This document shows, in pieces, positions 50,927-64,000 of a stretch of DNA of 64,000 nucleotides (its first letter is position 1; every line of letters begins with the position of its first letter). Made by a program: the position numbers and the translations under genes. The notes beneath the pieces are model-generated. The model did no database searches. It saw only the letters and a list, made by a program, of their open reading frames with translations, and was not told where the DNA came from. This DNA comes from Podarcis gaigeae (taxonomy: Eukaryota): NCBI GenBank assembly GCA_964106915.2, contig OZ066926.1; one strand, written 5' to 3'.

Positions 50927-52642
50927 CATAGAGGAAAAGCTGTAGCTCAGTGGTAGAGCATATGGGTCTTAGGAACAGTGAAAGTTGCCTTATCCCAATT
51001 TCTTGGTCCTTCTGACCATGTTCCAAGCCCTAGCTGGAGATACTAGGGATTGCATCTGAGACCTTTTGCATGCAAAGGAGATGTTCTGCCACTGAGTTCT
51101 GGTCCCGAGTTAAGGTCCAGGGTTCAATCCCTGCGTCTCATGGGGGAAAGCCCCTTGCCTGATATGCTGGAGAGCCACTGCCAATTGACGTGGACCAGCC
51201 TTCCCCAACCTGCCGCCCTCCAGATGTTTTGGCCTTCAGCTCCAGCCAGCGCAGCTGTGGTAGAATTCTGCTGCAGGCCAAACCGAGCTTAGATGGCCTA
51301 AGGGCCTTGGCTTGGCACGAGGAGGCTACCTATGTACAAAAAAAGCCCATTTCTTTAGAATTTTGTTGGGATTTTTAACAAAGCAAAATGCAGGGTGCAA
51401 AATAGACCACCACAGTCCTCAAAATGAATATTGCAGAATCATATTTGGTTCATGCTTGTTGCAACCACTAAAGCAGAGAACTCATCAGCAGCTCATAATG
51501 ACCAAGCTCATTACAGAGATAAGAGACACTGCTGACTTTAAATGCTCTGGGTAGAGCTGATCCCAATACACCAAAAATGATCCCATAGATTGGGAATGGT
51601 GAATTATGAGCATGTTTACTCATAAATAAGTCCTGCTGTGTTCAGTGGGGCTTGCCTCCAGGTAAGGGCTTAAACCCCGCAAAAAAAATAAAAAGGGTAA
51701 AGAATTTATATTGTAACACACTAAGAGATCTGGCTGCCACATAGGGCTGAGGGAGGCATAATGGTTTTTGCTTTCCTTCTAGGAAGTCAGAAGGGTCTAG
51801 CTCAGTGGTGGGGAACCTGCGGCCCTTCAGAAGTTGTTGGACTCTAATTCTAATAGACTCAAAGCACACACGACTTTCCCCAAAGAATCATGGGAACTGT
51901 AGTTTGTTAAGGGTGCTGGGAATTGTGACTCTGTTGGGGTAAACTACATGTCCCAGGATTCTTGGGGGGAAGTCATGTGCTTTTAATATACAGTACTTTA
52001 AATGTATATTGGCATGTCTCGGTTCCAGATAGTTTCAATAAAGTGAATATCGCAATAAATCGAGTCACATCATATTTTGGGGGGTTTTCTAATGCATATA
52101 AAAGTTATGTTTACACTATACTGTGGTCTATTAAGCCAGGCCCCCTTGGCAGCTGGGGGGGGAGGGGGGAAACCCAGCCCCAGCCCTAGCCAGCTCCACT
52201 CCCTTGGACAGAAGAGCATTGGTGGCGGACTTTCTTCCCCTGCTGGCACCTGCACCCACATCCTCGTGAGAAGCAATATCTGTGAAGCGCAATAAAACGA
52301 GGTGTGCTTGCAGTGTGTATATGCTGCCAGAGAAGAAATGGCCTGTGAAAATGGAGGGAAGGGAGAGAGAAGGGAGTGTGTGTGGACAGGGAAGAGGAGT
52401 AATTGTAGGGCTGCCATACGTTCAGATTTTCCTGGGATTTCAAAGGCGAGAATTCTCTCCAGGGAGAATTTCTGAAAGGCTGCGCATTGTCAATCGAAAA
52501 TTGTGGTGTTTTGGCTCAACAACTTTTTGGGTGTGCTGGTTTTCACCCTTTGAAATATGACTACCCTAAGTAACTCACAAGGCTAATGTTCACATGTTGA
52601 TTTGAAATGACTAGACAAACCTTTGGCTGCAAACCTCCAGTC

Positions 52643-52778
52643 CAGGGCTTTCCAAACTTGGGTCTCCAGCTGTTTTTGGACTACAACTCCCATCATCCCT
52701 AGCTAGCAGGACCAGTGGTCAGGGATGATGGGAACTGTAGTCCAAAAACAGCTGGAGACCCAAGTTTGGAAAGCCTTG
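52643..52778. mobile_element. Palindromic hAT MITE
   Basis: Near-perfect 136-bp palindrome; TSD CTCCAGTC/CTCTAGTC. Relatives at about 44710-44846, 39047-39185, 41850-41980, 34515-34633 and 8700-8830. Confidence 0.85.
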
Positions 52779-53108
52779 CTCTAGTCCACCTCTAAAGCTT
52801 TATAACCACAGCAGTACATCACCATCACCCCCCAATCATTTATTCTAGTGCTTGCTTCGGGTTGTGGGGGCGCGACTTGGCGGGATACCTACAATGGGCA
52901 GAAGTTTAACTTTGCGCTGTGTGACATATATTTCTATCTTGCTTTCCTGCCCAGGAGCTCAAGGTCATGTATGTATTCCTACCCTCCCCCCTTTTATATT
53001 TGCAACAGTCCTTTGAGGTAGGCTAAGCAAAGTTACTTTACATCCATGTCAATAGATTATTGGGGGGGGGGGCGCCTCGGATGGAAGGCAGGGACCGCAA
53101 TCCACAAA

Positions 53109-53339
53109 CAGTGGTACCTCGGGTTAGGGACACTTCAGGTTACAGACGCTTCAGGTTACAGACTCCGCTAACCCAGAAATAGTACCTCGGGTTAAGAACT
53201 TTGCTTCAGGATGAGAACAGAAATCACGTGGCGGCAGCAGGAGGCCCCATTAGCTAAAGTGGTGCTTCTGGTTAAGAACAGTTTCAGGTTAAGAACGGAC
53301 CTCTGGAACGAATTAAGCTCTTAACCCGAGGTACCACTG
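53109..53339. mobile_element. Tc1/mariner MITE, copy 4
   Basis: Same TIR; same orientation as copy 3. Confidence 0.85.
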
Positions 53340-55011
53340 TACAATGAACTGGCACCTCCTCCCTCTTGCCCTCTCCTTCTGGTGCCAATCTGCACAAGCA
53401 CTCAGAGGAGAAGAGGGCGGCCATGCACCCTGGTTTACAGAGGACAGCCCTTTCTTCGAAGGGCTCTATGCGGTCCAAGTCTGGATTAAGGAGAAGCAGG
53501 AGAGGCCTTGAAGTTGCCTGTCACTGGTGAGCACCTGAACAGCAGACGGAGCAGGCCACCAGGTTGCAGCCTTTCCCAACCATGCCGAGAGCCAGTGCTG
53601 GTCCTACTCAGGAGTAGACCCGTTGAGGTCAAATTCACACTACTTACTTAGGTGCATGCGTTTTCTACTACTCTGACCCGAACTTAGTTGAATGGATGCA
53701 TCCCTGAATTTGCATCTTGACAGAAAATCAGCGTATGGAAATTTGACGCAGACCTGGCATCCTCTCTTTTTGTTGATGCGCCGCCGTTCCTCTTTTGAGC
53801 CAATGCGTGTGTAGCCTCTTCTCTTAGAGGAGAGAGCGCAAGGGGACCAGGAGGCTCCTGAGGTCGGCAGTTGGACCACTGCAGGGAGTGGGCCTTAGCA
53901 GATGCCCAGTGTTGTGACCCCTTACCCCTTACACACATGCCCCACAAAGTCTTGAGCCACGCTCTACCTTCCTATCCCCAAACACCAGTCTTTGGTTCTG
54001 GTCCTTCATGCAGACGTTTTACAAAGAGACTTGGAAACAGCAGAAACAACTTTGTACCTTCTCAGTCTCACTCTTCTTCCCACACCCTGAATTATCCATC
54101 ACACCTGTGGCTGGTTTCTCCCCACCACCACCCAATGGTTTCTAGGATTCAAGCTTGCAGTGGGTTGAACTGGCTGATGCTTTCAAACCTCTCCACCTCT
54201 ATGATTTCCTGTCTGACCTGGAAGCCCTGCACCAGTTGTGCCTGATTGGGCTGTGCACTGGATGGAACTCTGCACATGCTCAGAGACAATCTTCTTGATA
54301 TATTCTGGGGCTTAGCACTGATACAGAAACGGTCTGTTCTGGGAATGCAAAGCATTGAGATCTCACCTGAAGCACTGAGCTCCCCTCATCCCTTCCTCAA
54401 TTTCCTAGCCCTCAGTGCTCATAATTTCAGGCCAGTTCTCTTGATGGGTTTCTGTGGAAGGATGGGGGGGGGGAGCAAGCCTTCTCGTGCAACCCGCCCC
54501 CCCACTCCATTGGAAGACTCATCTCTTCCATTGTTTTATCTCTTGCAGAAGTTGATGTCATGAAACACAAAGATGACAACTGCCCTCACGTCCCAGACCG
54601 ATATATGGGAGTCACATGAGAAATACATTTGGAGCAGTGGGGTGGGGGTTGAAAACATGTAGAACAGGGGTGAGTCGCTTCAAGTACACGGTTGCTGCCC
54701 CAACCTCCAGTCTCCTCCAATTACATGGGCCTCTGGAATCCAGGGTGTCATGTCCCCCCCCCCCGTCTGCCCCACATGCACATCTTCACCATCCCCCGCC
54801 CCCGACGCCCCCAGCCACCAAGGCTTCGCTCCCTTCCATTGCATAGTTATGGTTTTCTCCAAGATATGTTTGTGCTTTCAGAGAGTCCAGCATCATCCCC
54901 CTCACAATGGATTTTCAAGCACTTTTTTTCCCTGGCTTGTGTCTCCAGGGGTTTCTATTTATGCCCTCGACTGCATTTGTGCTGAAGAGAGGGACCAAAA
55001 AAAGACCTAAA

Positions 55012-55080
<69 letters not shown>

Positions 55081-56112
55081 CATGTGTGTGAAGGATAGGA
55101 AAATAGTATCTGGCCTAGAATGGAGGGCCGTGGGGATAGGGGCAGTCTGAATGGCAGAGAGTCTGTCATGGAGAGGGGTGGCACCAGAAAAAGGTTGGGG
55201 GCCGCAGAAGGCACAAAGTATATTTTTATATAGAGAGAAATAGCATCACATGTTAACCACAAGAGTCCACAAATTGGAGGGGGGGGGAGTAATGGGGGCA
55301 GTTCCTTGTTAGAGGGCCCAAATCCTTGTGGGGGGGGGGCAGATCCTTTTGGGGGGCGCCCTCTGACACCACCCATAGTTAAGGAGAGAAATAAAAATTT
55401 ATCCTCTCCCTCCTTTCCTCTTTAACCCCACTAAATATCAACCTCCCTGCCCTACTACCTATGTAACAGCGCCCCCTACTGCCTGCCCACAGCATTGTTT
55501 ATAGCCCCTTAGCAGTGAAGTGTCACTCCCCCCCCCCCCCCGAGGAGAACCTTTATTCAATTTCTCCCATCTGTGATTGTTTTATTTTGGTTACAGAAGG
55601 CGGCGCAATATGGTCACCCTACTCACACACATTCCTCTTCCTGTTCCAGATCTTTATATGCATACACAACATTCAAGGGAGAAGGAGCGTGTGTGTGTGT
55701 GTGTGTGTGTGGCGGGAGAGGGGAAGAGAGAGAGTGGATGATATGTTTGTGGGAATGGAGAGGAGGAGGTTTGTAAGGACAGCCCAAGGCCCCATCTGCA
55801 CTGTCCGTTTCAAGACGTATCATACCACTTTAAACAGTCATGGCTCCCCCACACCCCAAAGAATCCTGGGAACTGTCATCCGATAAGCTTGCTGAGAGTT
55901 GTTCGTTAGGAGAGCTTTATTTCCCCCCACAGAGCTACAGTTCCCAGAGGGGTTGGTTGTTAAGGGGAATAGGGGTGTCTCCCAACAATGCTTGGCACCC
56001 TTAGCGAGCTACGGTTCCCAGAATTATTTGGAGGAAGCTATGACTGTTTCAAGCGGCATGATACCACTTTCAACGTACTGTGCAGATCGGGCCAAAGACA
56101 AAGATACGGATG

Positions 56113-56300
56113 GGAAGCAGCTGCCTTAATTCTGAGTCCGACCACGACTCCATCTAGGTCGGTATTGTCTACATTGACTAGCAGCGGCTCTCCAGGGTTC
56201 CATGCAAGGTCTCTTTTCCTAGCCAACCCTGGAGATACCAGGGATTGAATCTGGGGCCTTCTGCATTCAGAGCCGGTGCTTTGCCACTGAGCTATGGCCC
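56113..56300 (-). mobile_element. tRNA-derived SINE, uninterrupted copy
   Basis: Minus strand GGGGCCATAGCTCAGTGG (A box)...AGATTCAATCCC (B box)...CCCTGGAGAGCCGCTGCTAGTCAATGTAGACAATACCGACCTAGATGG...AAGGCAGCTGCTTCCC. Interrupted relatives at about 30830-31495, 34395-34665, 51110-51335 and 58340-58750. Confidence 0.75.
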
Positions 56301-57792
56301 CCCAAACAAACAGAAGCTCACATGAGCAGAGAGAGGTTTAAAGACCTGGGTGAGGCTGTCACTCACTGGAAGTCGTTAGGCAGAGGCTTGGCAGCCGCTG
56401 TAGTGTAGTGGGTAGAGTACTGAACTAGGACCTGGGAGACCAGGGTTCAAATCCCCACTCGGCCATGAAACTCATTGGGTGACCTTGGGTTGGCCGCTAT
56501 CTTTCAGCAAACCTACCTCATAGGGTTGTTGTGAGGATGATGTGGAGAGAGAGGCAGAAGTGTGTACACCCCCTTGAGTTATTTGGAGCTACTGTATGCT
56601 GTGATATATACTAAATAACAATAATAGTAAATATGGAGGTGCTCTGCCTCTCAATTTCCTGCATCATCCAGGGGTGTTGGACCAGATAGCCTACAAATAC
56701 ATTTTCCAACTCTAGATTGTAAGATTATAGGATGGACAGATGGGTGGACAGACATTTGCAAGAGAAGAAGAGGAAGGATGATTGGCAAACAGATATTTAT
56801 TGCCATGATGGATGCGCAGATAGGTATTGACGGATAGGTTGCTCTGTGGCTCAGCTTGATGACATATGTTTTTCATGTAGTTTGTGCATAATTTACTATA
56901 AGTGGTATGTTGTTTCCCACATTGAAGTGATGCACACAATAGCAGCTTAAAATGCAGCAATGTCACTCCCCCCCCCATTTCAAGTTGCATGTTGCTGTAC
57001 GCGCCTGAGGGTGGGAATGTCTTTACCCGATGCACTTTATGTTTCCCTGTGCCTGCAATGCGCCCCCCCCAAACTCCTGTTCAATGAAGCTGTCATCTGG
57101 CCATGGCCTGTCATCTGCACATGTGCAATGACTGTCTCTAGCGTACACACCTCAGTTTCACCATGGCTTCCATCTTCAAATCAGATGGGAACTGGTTTGT
57201 GGGGAAATGCCTCCAACAGCTGTATTTCTCAAGATAGATAGGGATTGTGGCTAATGTTATGTGTACAGCACTTCAAACACCAGCAGTGGGAGCGCACTGG
57301 AACCAGAGTAAGTCGTAATGCGTACACAGTATCAGTCTGCAGGACAGGGCCATTTAAAAAATTAAGGGCAATATAGTTATACAAGGAAAACAGACAGGAT
57401 TGTGAGAGGTGCATGAGCAAAAGACAATAACTTGGCACGAGAGGAAATCCACATCAAGAAAGCGATGAGTGGAAATCTCTCCATTGAACTTGCATTCAAA
57501 GAGCTGGCCTGCAGGGTTCATCATACAATACGTCTAATGCAACTTTCCAAGACCTATTATATACTGATCTGTAAGTGCTCGCTGTCACAAGTCCTAAAGT
57601 TCTCTGTACGTAAGATATTCTATTTCCATGCTCAAAACAACTCATCTGGAATAACCATTGTCCATTTTTAATAGCAATCACAAACTCCAGTTGCTCAGTA
57701 AACATGCTATGAGAGAGTATGAGACATCTACCCTTTTCACCCCCCCATTTCTAAACTCAACTCGTGAGTCCCAAAGGGTGGTTGAAGATACT

Positions 57793-58148
57793 TAAAGGTA
57801 AAGGTAAAGGTACCCCTGCCCGTACGGGCCAGTCTTGACAGACTCTGGGGTTGTGCGCCCATCTCACTCAAGAGGCCAGGGGCCAGCGCTGTCCGGAGAC
57901 ACTTCCGGGTCACGTGGCCAGCGTGACATCGCTGCTCTGGCGAGCCAGAGCCGCACACGGAAACGCCGTTTACCTTCCCGCTGGTAAGCGGTCCCTATTT
58001 ATCTACTTGCACCCGGAGGTGCTTTCGAACTGCTAGGTTGGCAGGCGCTGGGACCGAGCAGCGGGAGCGCACCCCGCCGCAGGGATTCGAACCGCCGACC
58101 TTTCGATCGGCAAGTCCTAGGCGCTGAGGCTTTAACCCACAGCGCCAC
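57793..58148 (-). mobile_element. Sauria SINE, second subfamily
   Basis: Nearly identical to 12420-12777, including the GGTACCCCTGCCCGTACGGGCCAGTCTTGAC end. Confidence 0.9.
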
Positions 58149-59632
58149 AAATCTGTGCTATGTTGCCTTGAGTATGTTCTCCTAGCCTGAGTACAAACTT
58201 GCTGAGTAGCACCTACAGATCAAGAACCAACGCTGAGCAGTTGTTAAGAGTGAATGAAGCTCATAGCTATCTATAAACCCATCAGCTCAGTTGGGTTGGC
58301 AGTGAAGTGCCTATAATCCAAGGCTGTGAGTTTGAAATGCACATGCTTTGCATACAGAAGGTCCTAGGTTTGATCTCAACCATTCAGTAGTATCTGGTGC
58401 TCACTGGGACTGGCAGGGTGGAAGGAAGGAGGACAAACAGTAGGTGGAGCCAGAGCACCAATGACTCGCAGAACCAACTCTAGTTTTGCTCCCTTCCCTT
58501 CTGAGTTCTACAAGGGCAACAAGACCAAGGAAGAGGATGCTAATAGGCAGTGCCATGCCCTGGACTGGTTGCAAGCAGGAAGGCAGGGAGCTGGTGGGAG
58601 CTGGCTGAGGGCAATGCCCCATTTGCCCTAATGGACCAGCTTCCATTATCTGCTGTAGCAAGTCCTGAGAACCCTGAGAGCCTTGAGAGCCACTGCCCGT
58701 CAGAGTAGGCAATATTGGTCATCTGGTCTGGTTTAAGGAAGCTTCCTATGAGTGTTGACATTTGACCCCTTTCCCTTAAGTTAGGGTGACCACCCTTTCC
58801 CCCAGTCTTGCTCCCAAGCCTTTAACAGCAGCCTGCTCCATAGAAATTTAGCTGGTGGAGCTTTTGCTGCCACATATTTCCATGGCAGGAAAAGCTTCCC
58901 GTTAACTGCAGTGGCTGGTGTCTGTTGGGGCTGGTTGGGCGGATGCAGGGAGCCTAGTCAGTAGGTGGCGCCAGAGAGCCAATGACCCGCAGAACCAACT
59001 CATTCTAGTTTTGTTCCCATCCTTCTCCTCCCTGCTGAGTTCTATGTGGAGATTCAGGAGCAAGAGGAAGCTGACAGCCAATGCCATAAGTAAGAAGGCA
59101 GGCAGGCAGGCAGGCAGGCAAGGACTGTATGGAGGCCAATTGTGGATCAGTGCCCCATTTGCCCTAATGAACCAACTTCTACGGCCTGTTAAGCCACTGA
59201 CTGCAGTGTGGTGTTCTGACTAGGGGGATGCAGGTTCAAATCGCTGCTCTGTTATTAAACTGAGTGGATGATTTTGGCTATCAACTGTCCTAAGAGAGCT
59301 GTTGCAAGACTAACACTGGGATATTATTAGGGTAAAATGGGATAAGCCCATGTATCTTGCCCTGCTCACTCTGGATCGGATTGTGATGAATTAAACATAT
59401 AAATGGGGACTGCTGCTGAAATGCCACCGAAAGTGAAATCCAAAATGAACTTGTAGGCTCCTTCTCAGGCGAAGCCTCTGCATAATTTCAAGAAAAACCA
59501 AAAGAGTTCCAATAAAACTAGCAACATTTCCCAGGAGATTTTTGCGCATGCACCCATGTGCGCACACACACACACGGGTGCACTTTCCACCTAACACAGA
59601 CTTTCCATGTTAAAAGGGCCACCCGTGTTCAT

Positions 59633-60070
59633 TGTTGTTGTTGTTGTTTAGTCGTTTAGTCGTGTCCGACTCTTCGTGACCCCATGGACCAGAGAACGCC
59701 AGGCACCTCTGTCCTCCACTGCCTCCCGCAGTTTGGTCAAACTCATGCTGGTAACCTCGAAAACACTATCCAACCATCTCGTCCTCTGCCGTCCCCTTCT
59801 CCTTGTGCCCTCCATCTTTCCCAGCATCAGGGTCTTCTCCAGGGAGTCTTCTCTTCTCATGAGGTGGCCAAAGTACTGGAGCCTCAGCTTCACAATCTGT
59901 CCTTCCAGTGAGCACTCAGGGTTGATTTCCTTCAGTATGGAGAGGTTTGATCTTCTTGCAGTCCATGGGACTCTCAAGAGTCTCCTCCAGCACCATAATT
60001 CAAAAGCATCAATTCTTCGGCGATCAGCCTTCTTTATGGTCCAGCTCTCACTTCCATACATCACTACTGG
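59633..60070 (-). mobile_element. BovB (RTE clade) LINE, 5'-truncated 3' end
   Basis: Open frame ...SESWTIKKADRRRIDAFELWCWRRLLRVPWTARRSN...LQYFGHLMRREDSLEKTLMLGK...VHGVTKSRTRLND* is typical of the BovB C-terminus. (CAA)n tail. Perfect 12-bp TSD ACCCGTGTTCAT at 59621-59632 and 60071-60082. Confidence 0.93.
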
Positions 60071-61488
60071 ACCCGTGTTCATAGGCCAAATAAATAGGCC
60101 AAAGGAAACCATCTTTGTTACAGTTTAATCTCACTCTTCCTGCAAGGAGTTCAGGGTGGCACTAACAGTCCCATCCACCCCAATTCATCCTCACAACCAA
60201 CCCTGTGAGGAAAGTGAGTCTGAGAGAGCATGACAGGCCCAGAGCCAGCCAGTTAGCTTCATGGATGAGGAGGGATTGAGGGTACAGGGTGTCCTCCCAA
60301 CACACTAGCCACTATACCACAGTGCCTCCCATACAATAAGCATAAAAGTGTTTCCCCTCTCCATAACCACTAGTGCAGCTCATAAAATGATTCCTTCTCC
60401 TCTACCACCACCACATGGGCCCCCCCACATTCTGCCCCACAGCATGCTGTTGTCATTGTATAGTTGATTGTGTGTGCGCCCCCCCCACAAATGTAACAAA
60501 CCTAGCACAAATGCAGCGCACATTCTGCTTGACCCCTCTGTATCTCATGCACCCTTATGCTAGATTAAATCTCACCCTTTAGCTCAATGCCAGAACCCAC
60601 CCCAAGTACCTCTTCCTTTCTCTCAGCTCCACAGCAACCACATCTCTTCCCTCCAGCAAATACTGTACCATATTCATCTGTGGCGGGGAATACAATCTTA
60701 CAGCAATGTCACCATCTGGGATTAAACATTTGTGGGTTTGTTTGTTTTCAGGGGCGCGCAGTGAGACAGAAATATACACTGTATTATATGCAAAATCTTG
60801 CTCTTTTTGCTTGAAGCCCATCTCTCTTTCAAGTAGACTCACACATCCAGCAGAAAAACACGGAGGGGGGAGGAGGAGGGGTTGGGAATAGCTCCTGGAC
60901 GCAAGCTAAAACCCCAGAATTGCTGTTACAATTATAATATCACAGTCTGTGCACACTAAGGGCTTGTTCTGAGAATTTTGTTATTTGTGCGCTAGCATTG
61001 AGAATTCACACACACAAACATGCACACCGAGGGTATAGAATTCACATAGACTTCAATGTTGAAAGGAATTCACTTGCGCGACCACAGTACATACTCTCTC
61101 AAAGAGGGCAATCTGCCAAGAATTAATGGGAGATATGCAAACATTAAATCTACTCCTGCCACACACACACAAACAAACAGTTAAATAAGATGCACATATA
61201 AGACTACACACACACACACACCTCATCCTCATCTTTATGTACCATGTAATCTAAGCACCGAGGCGTTAAAGAAGCCTCCCATAAATCAGGTACCCTTATG
61301 TGCACTAACATGAAGAGGGGTGGGAGGTAAGCGTAAACATAATTCAGTTGACACCACCCTGTGAAATTGCACACACAAGCTAGAGAGACAGGAGCTAATA
61401 GTAATCACAAACACAGACACACACCATTGGATAATCTAGACAGATTGATGTTAAAAGGATTGAAGAAGAGCTCTTGCTTGCTTGCGCT

Positions 61489-61534
<46 letters not shown>

Positions 61535-61670
61535 GTGCTGTAGAAAATCACAGGCACATGCATTACATACCAGTGCAACACCTTGACAAAGGTGTCAAAG
61601 CTACCCTAATGCTGCATGCTGTATTTAAACAGAACAAGAAAGGTGCAGAATGAATTTACATCCAGCAATC

Positions 61671-61758
<88 letters not shown>

Positions 61759-62886
61759 ATACTGGTGCAGCATACGGCTCATCTAAATTAGCAGTTCTGG
61801 CTGTTTTGCAACACACATACAAAATGCATTTAAAGGGATTTGTATCTACTAGGCGTCAAAAAATAAATAGGAAGATGGGTGTAGTGTTGTATAAAGGCAT
61901 GAACCCACACGGCTCTGTAGGTAATGTTATAGTTGAAAAGGTTTAACTGAAGGCAGCTGTTTGAAATCAGTTTTGCGTTTGTGCTTGGCTCTACAGGAAG
62001 CCAGAGAAATCTACAGAAAGGATGCTGAACCGTACATGCTCACTAGGTGTAACGGGAATCACACACACTGAAAAACATGAGATTTCATATGAAGTGACAT
62101 GCAGTGTTTTGCATTGACTATACGCACATGTATGTACTGGCAAGGAGAGTTCCCACCTGCACAGACTCCACATTTCTGGGGGGAGAGGAGGATTATGCCA
62201 ATAAAAATTGCTTCCCATGCACCTCAGTGCAATAACAGAACCGCACAGAAACGAGTTAAGGATGTGTGTTCTCTTCACTAACTTATTACCAAAGAATCCA
62301 AACACATCATCACCAATCTGTGCTGTTATGTACCAGAGAAAACCCAGCCTTCATCCAAGAGGATCTGAAGGAATTCACTAACACACCAACCAGAGGGCTT
62401 AAAAGTTAAGCATCTGCAATGCACATCAGGTGCTAGAAAACAGCCATTCCGCTGCCCCTCAAGGAAAGGCCACAAGCTCACACCCAGGCCAAAGTTGTCC
62501 AAAGTAACACAACACTGGGCGAATCATCCAGAGTGGGAACCCAAAAGAGCAGCATGACATTAGCGAGATTCTCTTTTACTTAGGACCAGCCAAGCAGGTT
62601 ACAAGCTCCTTAATTGCACAGAACTCCGGGGCTGCCGGGGAAGAGCCCTGTGTAACTCTGAGGCTTCCATCCTCTTAGAACTACAGTATTAGCTGATCGG
62701 AGCCATGATAACCCCTCTCCTCATTTTGAGTCTCTAATGCAGATGGACACACAGAGAGAGCAACCTGCCTTGAAGCGAAGGAAAGGCGATTCCCAAGCAG
62801 GACAATGTAGCAGCTGTGTTACTAGCAGGGATTTCAGCGCCCTGTTGGGAAGGGAGGTGGGCTAAGCGGGGGTCTGTATCTCTCAC

Positions 62887-63174
62887 CTTGCTGTTAGAAT
62901 CCCACCGGAGCTTTGAGATCCTTGCTCTTCCACCGCACCTGCATCGCTTTCCTGCTTTTTATTCTTAGTTATCTCTCCTTTTTCTCTCGCTCCAACCTTC
63001 CAAGGGGTGGCTGGGAGTTGGGATGGGATGTCACCCGTTCCCTCTTTCTTAAGGGAGGGTATCTTCTTGAAGGGCCGGTGACTACGCGACCCCCAAGCGA
63101 CGATGGGTCTCTATCGCGGAAGGCCCCATTCAGAAGTTTGCTTCATCCAAAAAGTGGGAGAAGGAGAAGAAGAG

Positions 63175-63225
<51 letters not shown>

Positions 63226-64000
63226 TGAGAGGAGAAGGGGCTGCAGTCTTCTTCGAGGAGGGGGGACACGACAGAATGAAAGAGGGAGAAGGAGGGAGCT
63301 CTGGGAAGGGGGGGGGGGGCGACGAATGCAGCAGCCAGCCGCGGTTCTGTGGGGTGGGAGCAGGAGGGCGAGCTGGCGGTGGTCAATATGGAGCTGGGGG
63401 CCGGAGGAGCCGAGCTGGGGGGCCGGAAGAAGGAATGCAGCAGGAGGGAGACGGGGAATGACAGGATGAAAAAGGGAGCCAAGCGGACGAATGCAGCAGG
63501 GGGAAGAAGGGAGCGCGCGAGCAGACGACAGAACGAGGGACGCAGAAGGAGAGGAGGGGAAGAGGCAGAGGGGCGAAGAGAGGGGTGCAGGAGAGGGGGG
63601 AGGCGGAGGGGGGTTGGAAAGGGGTGCAGCGGATGGGGGAGGGGGACAGGGAAGCCCTCGAAGGGACGAAGGAATCGGGGACGCGGAAAAGGGGGAGAGA
63701 ATAGAAGAGGGATCCCGGCAGAAGGAGAGAGAGGGAAGGAAAGGAAGAGGGTCCGGAGGAGGAGGAGAGGGGAGTGCTATGGGGGGGGGGTGTTTCCAGG
63801 CAGGAGGCAAAGGACTGAAAAAGCCACGCAATGGCGAGAGGCTCGGGGGGGGGGGGTGGGCAAGGGAATGCAGCAGCAGAGAAAGGGAGAACGGGCGAGT
63901 GGGGAGCGATCAGAAATCGCAGCAGGAGGAAAACCCGTTTGGGGAGGGGAGTCAGGGAGCGCAGCAGAGATGCGGGTAAAAGAGGGAGGGGGATAATTAA
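62887..64000 (-). promoter_or_regulatory. Candidate CACNG7 promoter and non-coding first exon (CpG-enriched)
   Basis: Locally GC- and CpG-rich and free of recognisable TEs. Minus-strand donor CAAG|GTGAGA at 62887/62886. The first coding exon has an upstream acceptor (48160) that needs a partner. The TSS cannot be placed. Confidence 0.55.

Noticed and set aside
62913-63996. Long overlapping ORFs (182, 233, 215 and 162 aa)
   Set aside because: Low-complexity Gly/Arg/Glu or Pro/Ser translations of a purine-skewed, stop-poor region with no recognisable domain.

Overview
This is eukaryotic (squamate reptile, probably lacertid lizard) genomic DNA; Sauria-type SINEs, BovB, CR1 and L2 LINEs and lizard-type MITEs indicate the lineage. 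It contains one complete protein-coding gene on the minus strand, CACNG7 (TARP gamma-7, an AMPA-receptor auxiliary subunit). Five coding exons (48116-47921, 45471-45367, 35938-35798, 30703-30558, 26166-25909) join with canonical GT-AG sites into 846 nt, or 281 aa. A candidate non-coding first exon and CpG-rich promoter lie near 62.9-64 kb. The rest is intron or intergenic sequence dense in transposable elements and microsatellites; almost all ORFs in the track are spurious. The most notable observations are: a 6-aa Pro/Asp-rich insertion in the TARP extracellular loop, apparently from a hexamer slippage; a CCAAT-CCAAT-TATA promoter with spliceable non-coding exons near 7 kb (possibly the start of the syntenic neighbour CACNG8); a MITE family carrying CTCF-like motifs; repeated nesting of DNA transposons into one short segment of a SINE; a sense-oriented solo LTR in an intron; and inverted TE pairs able to form dsRNA. 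I found no convincing evidence of a wholly new biological system. Family names come from recall, not from a database search.
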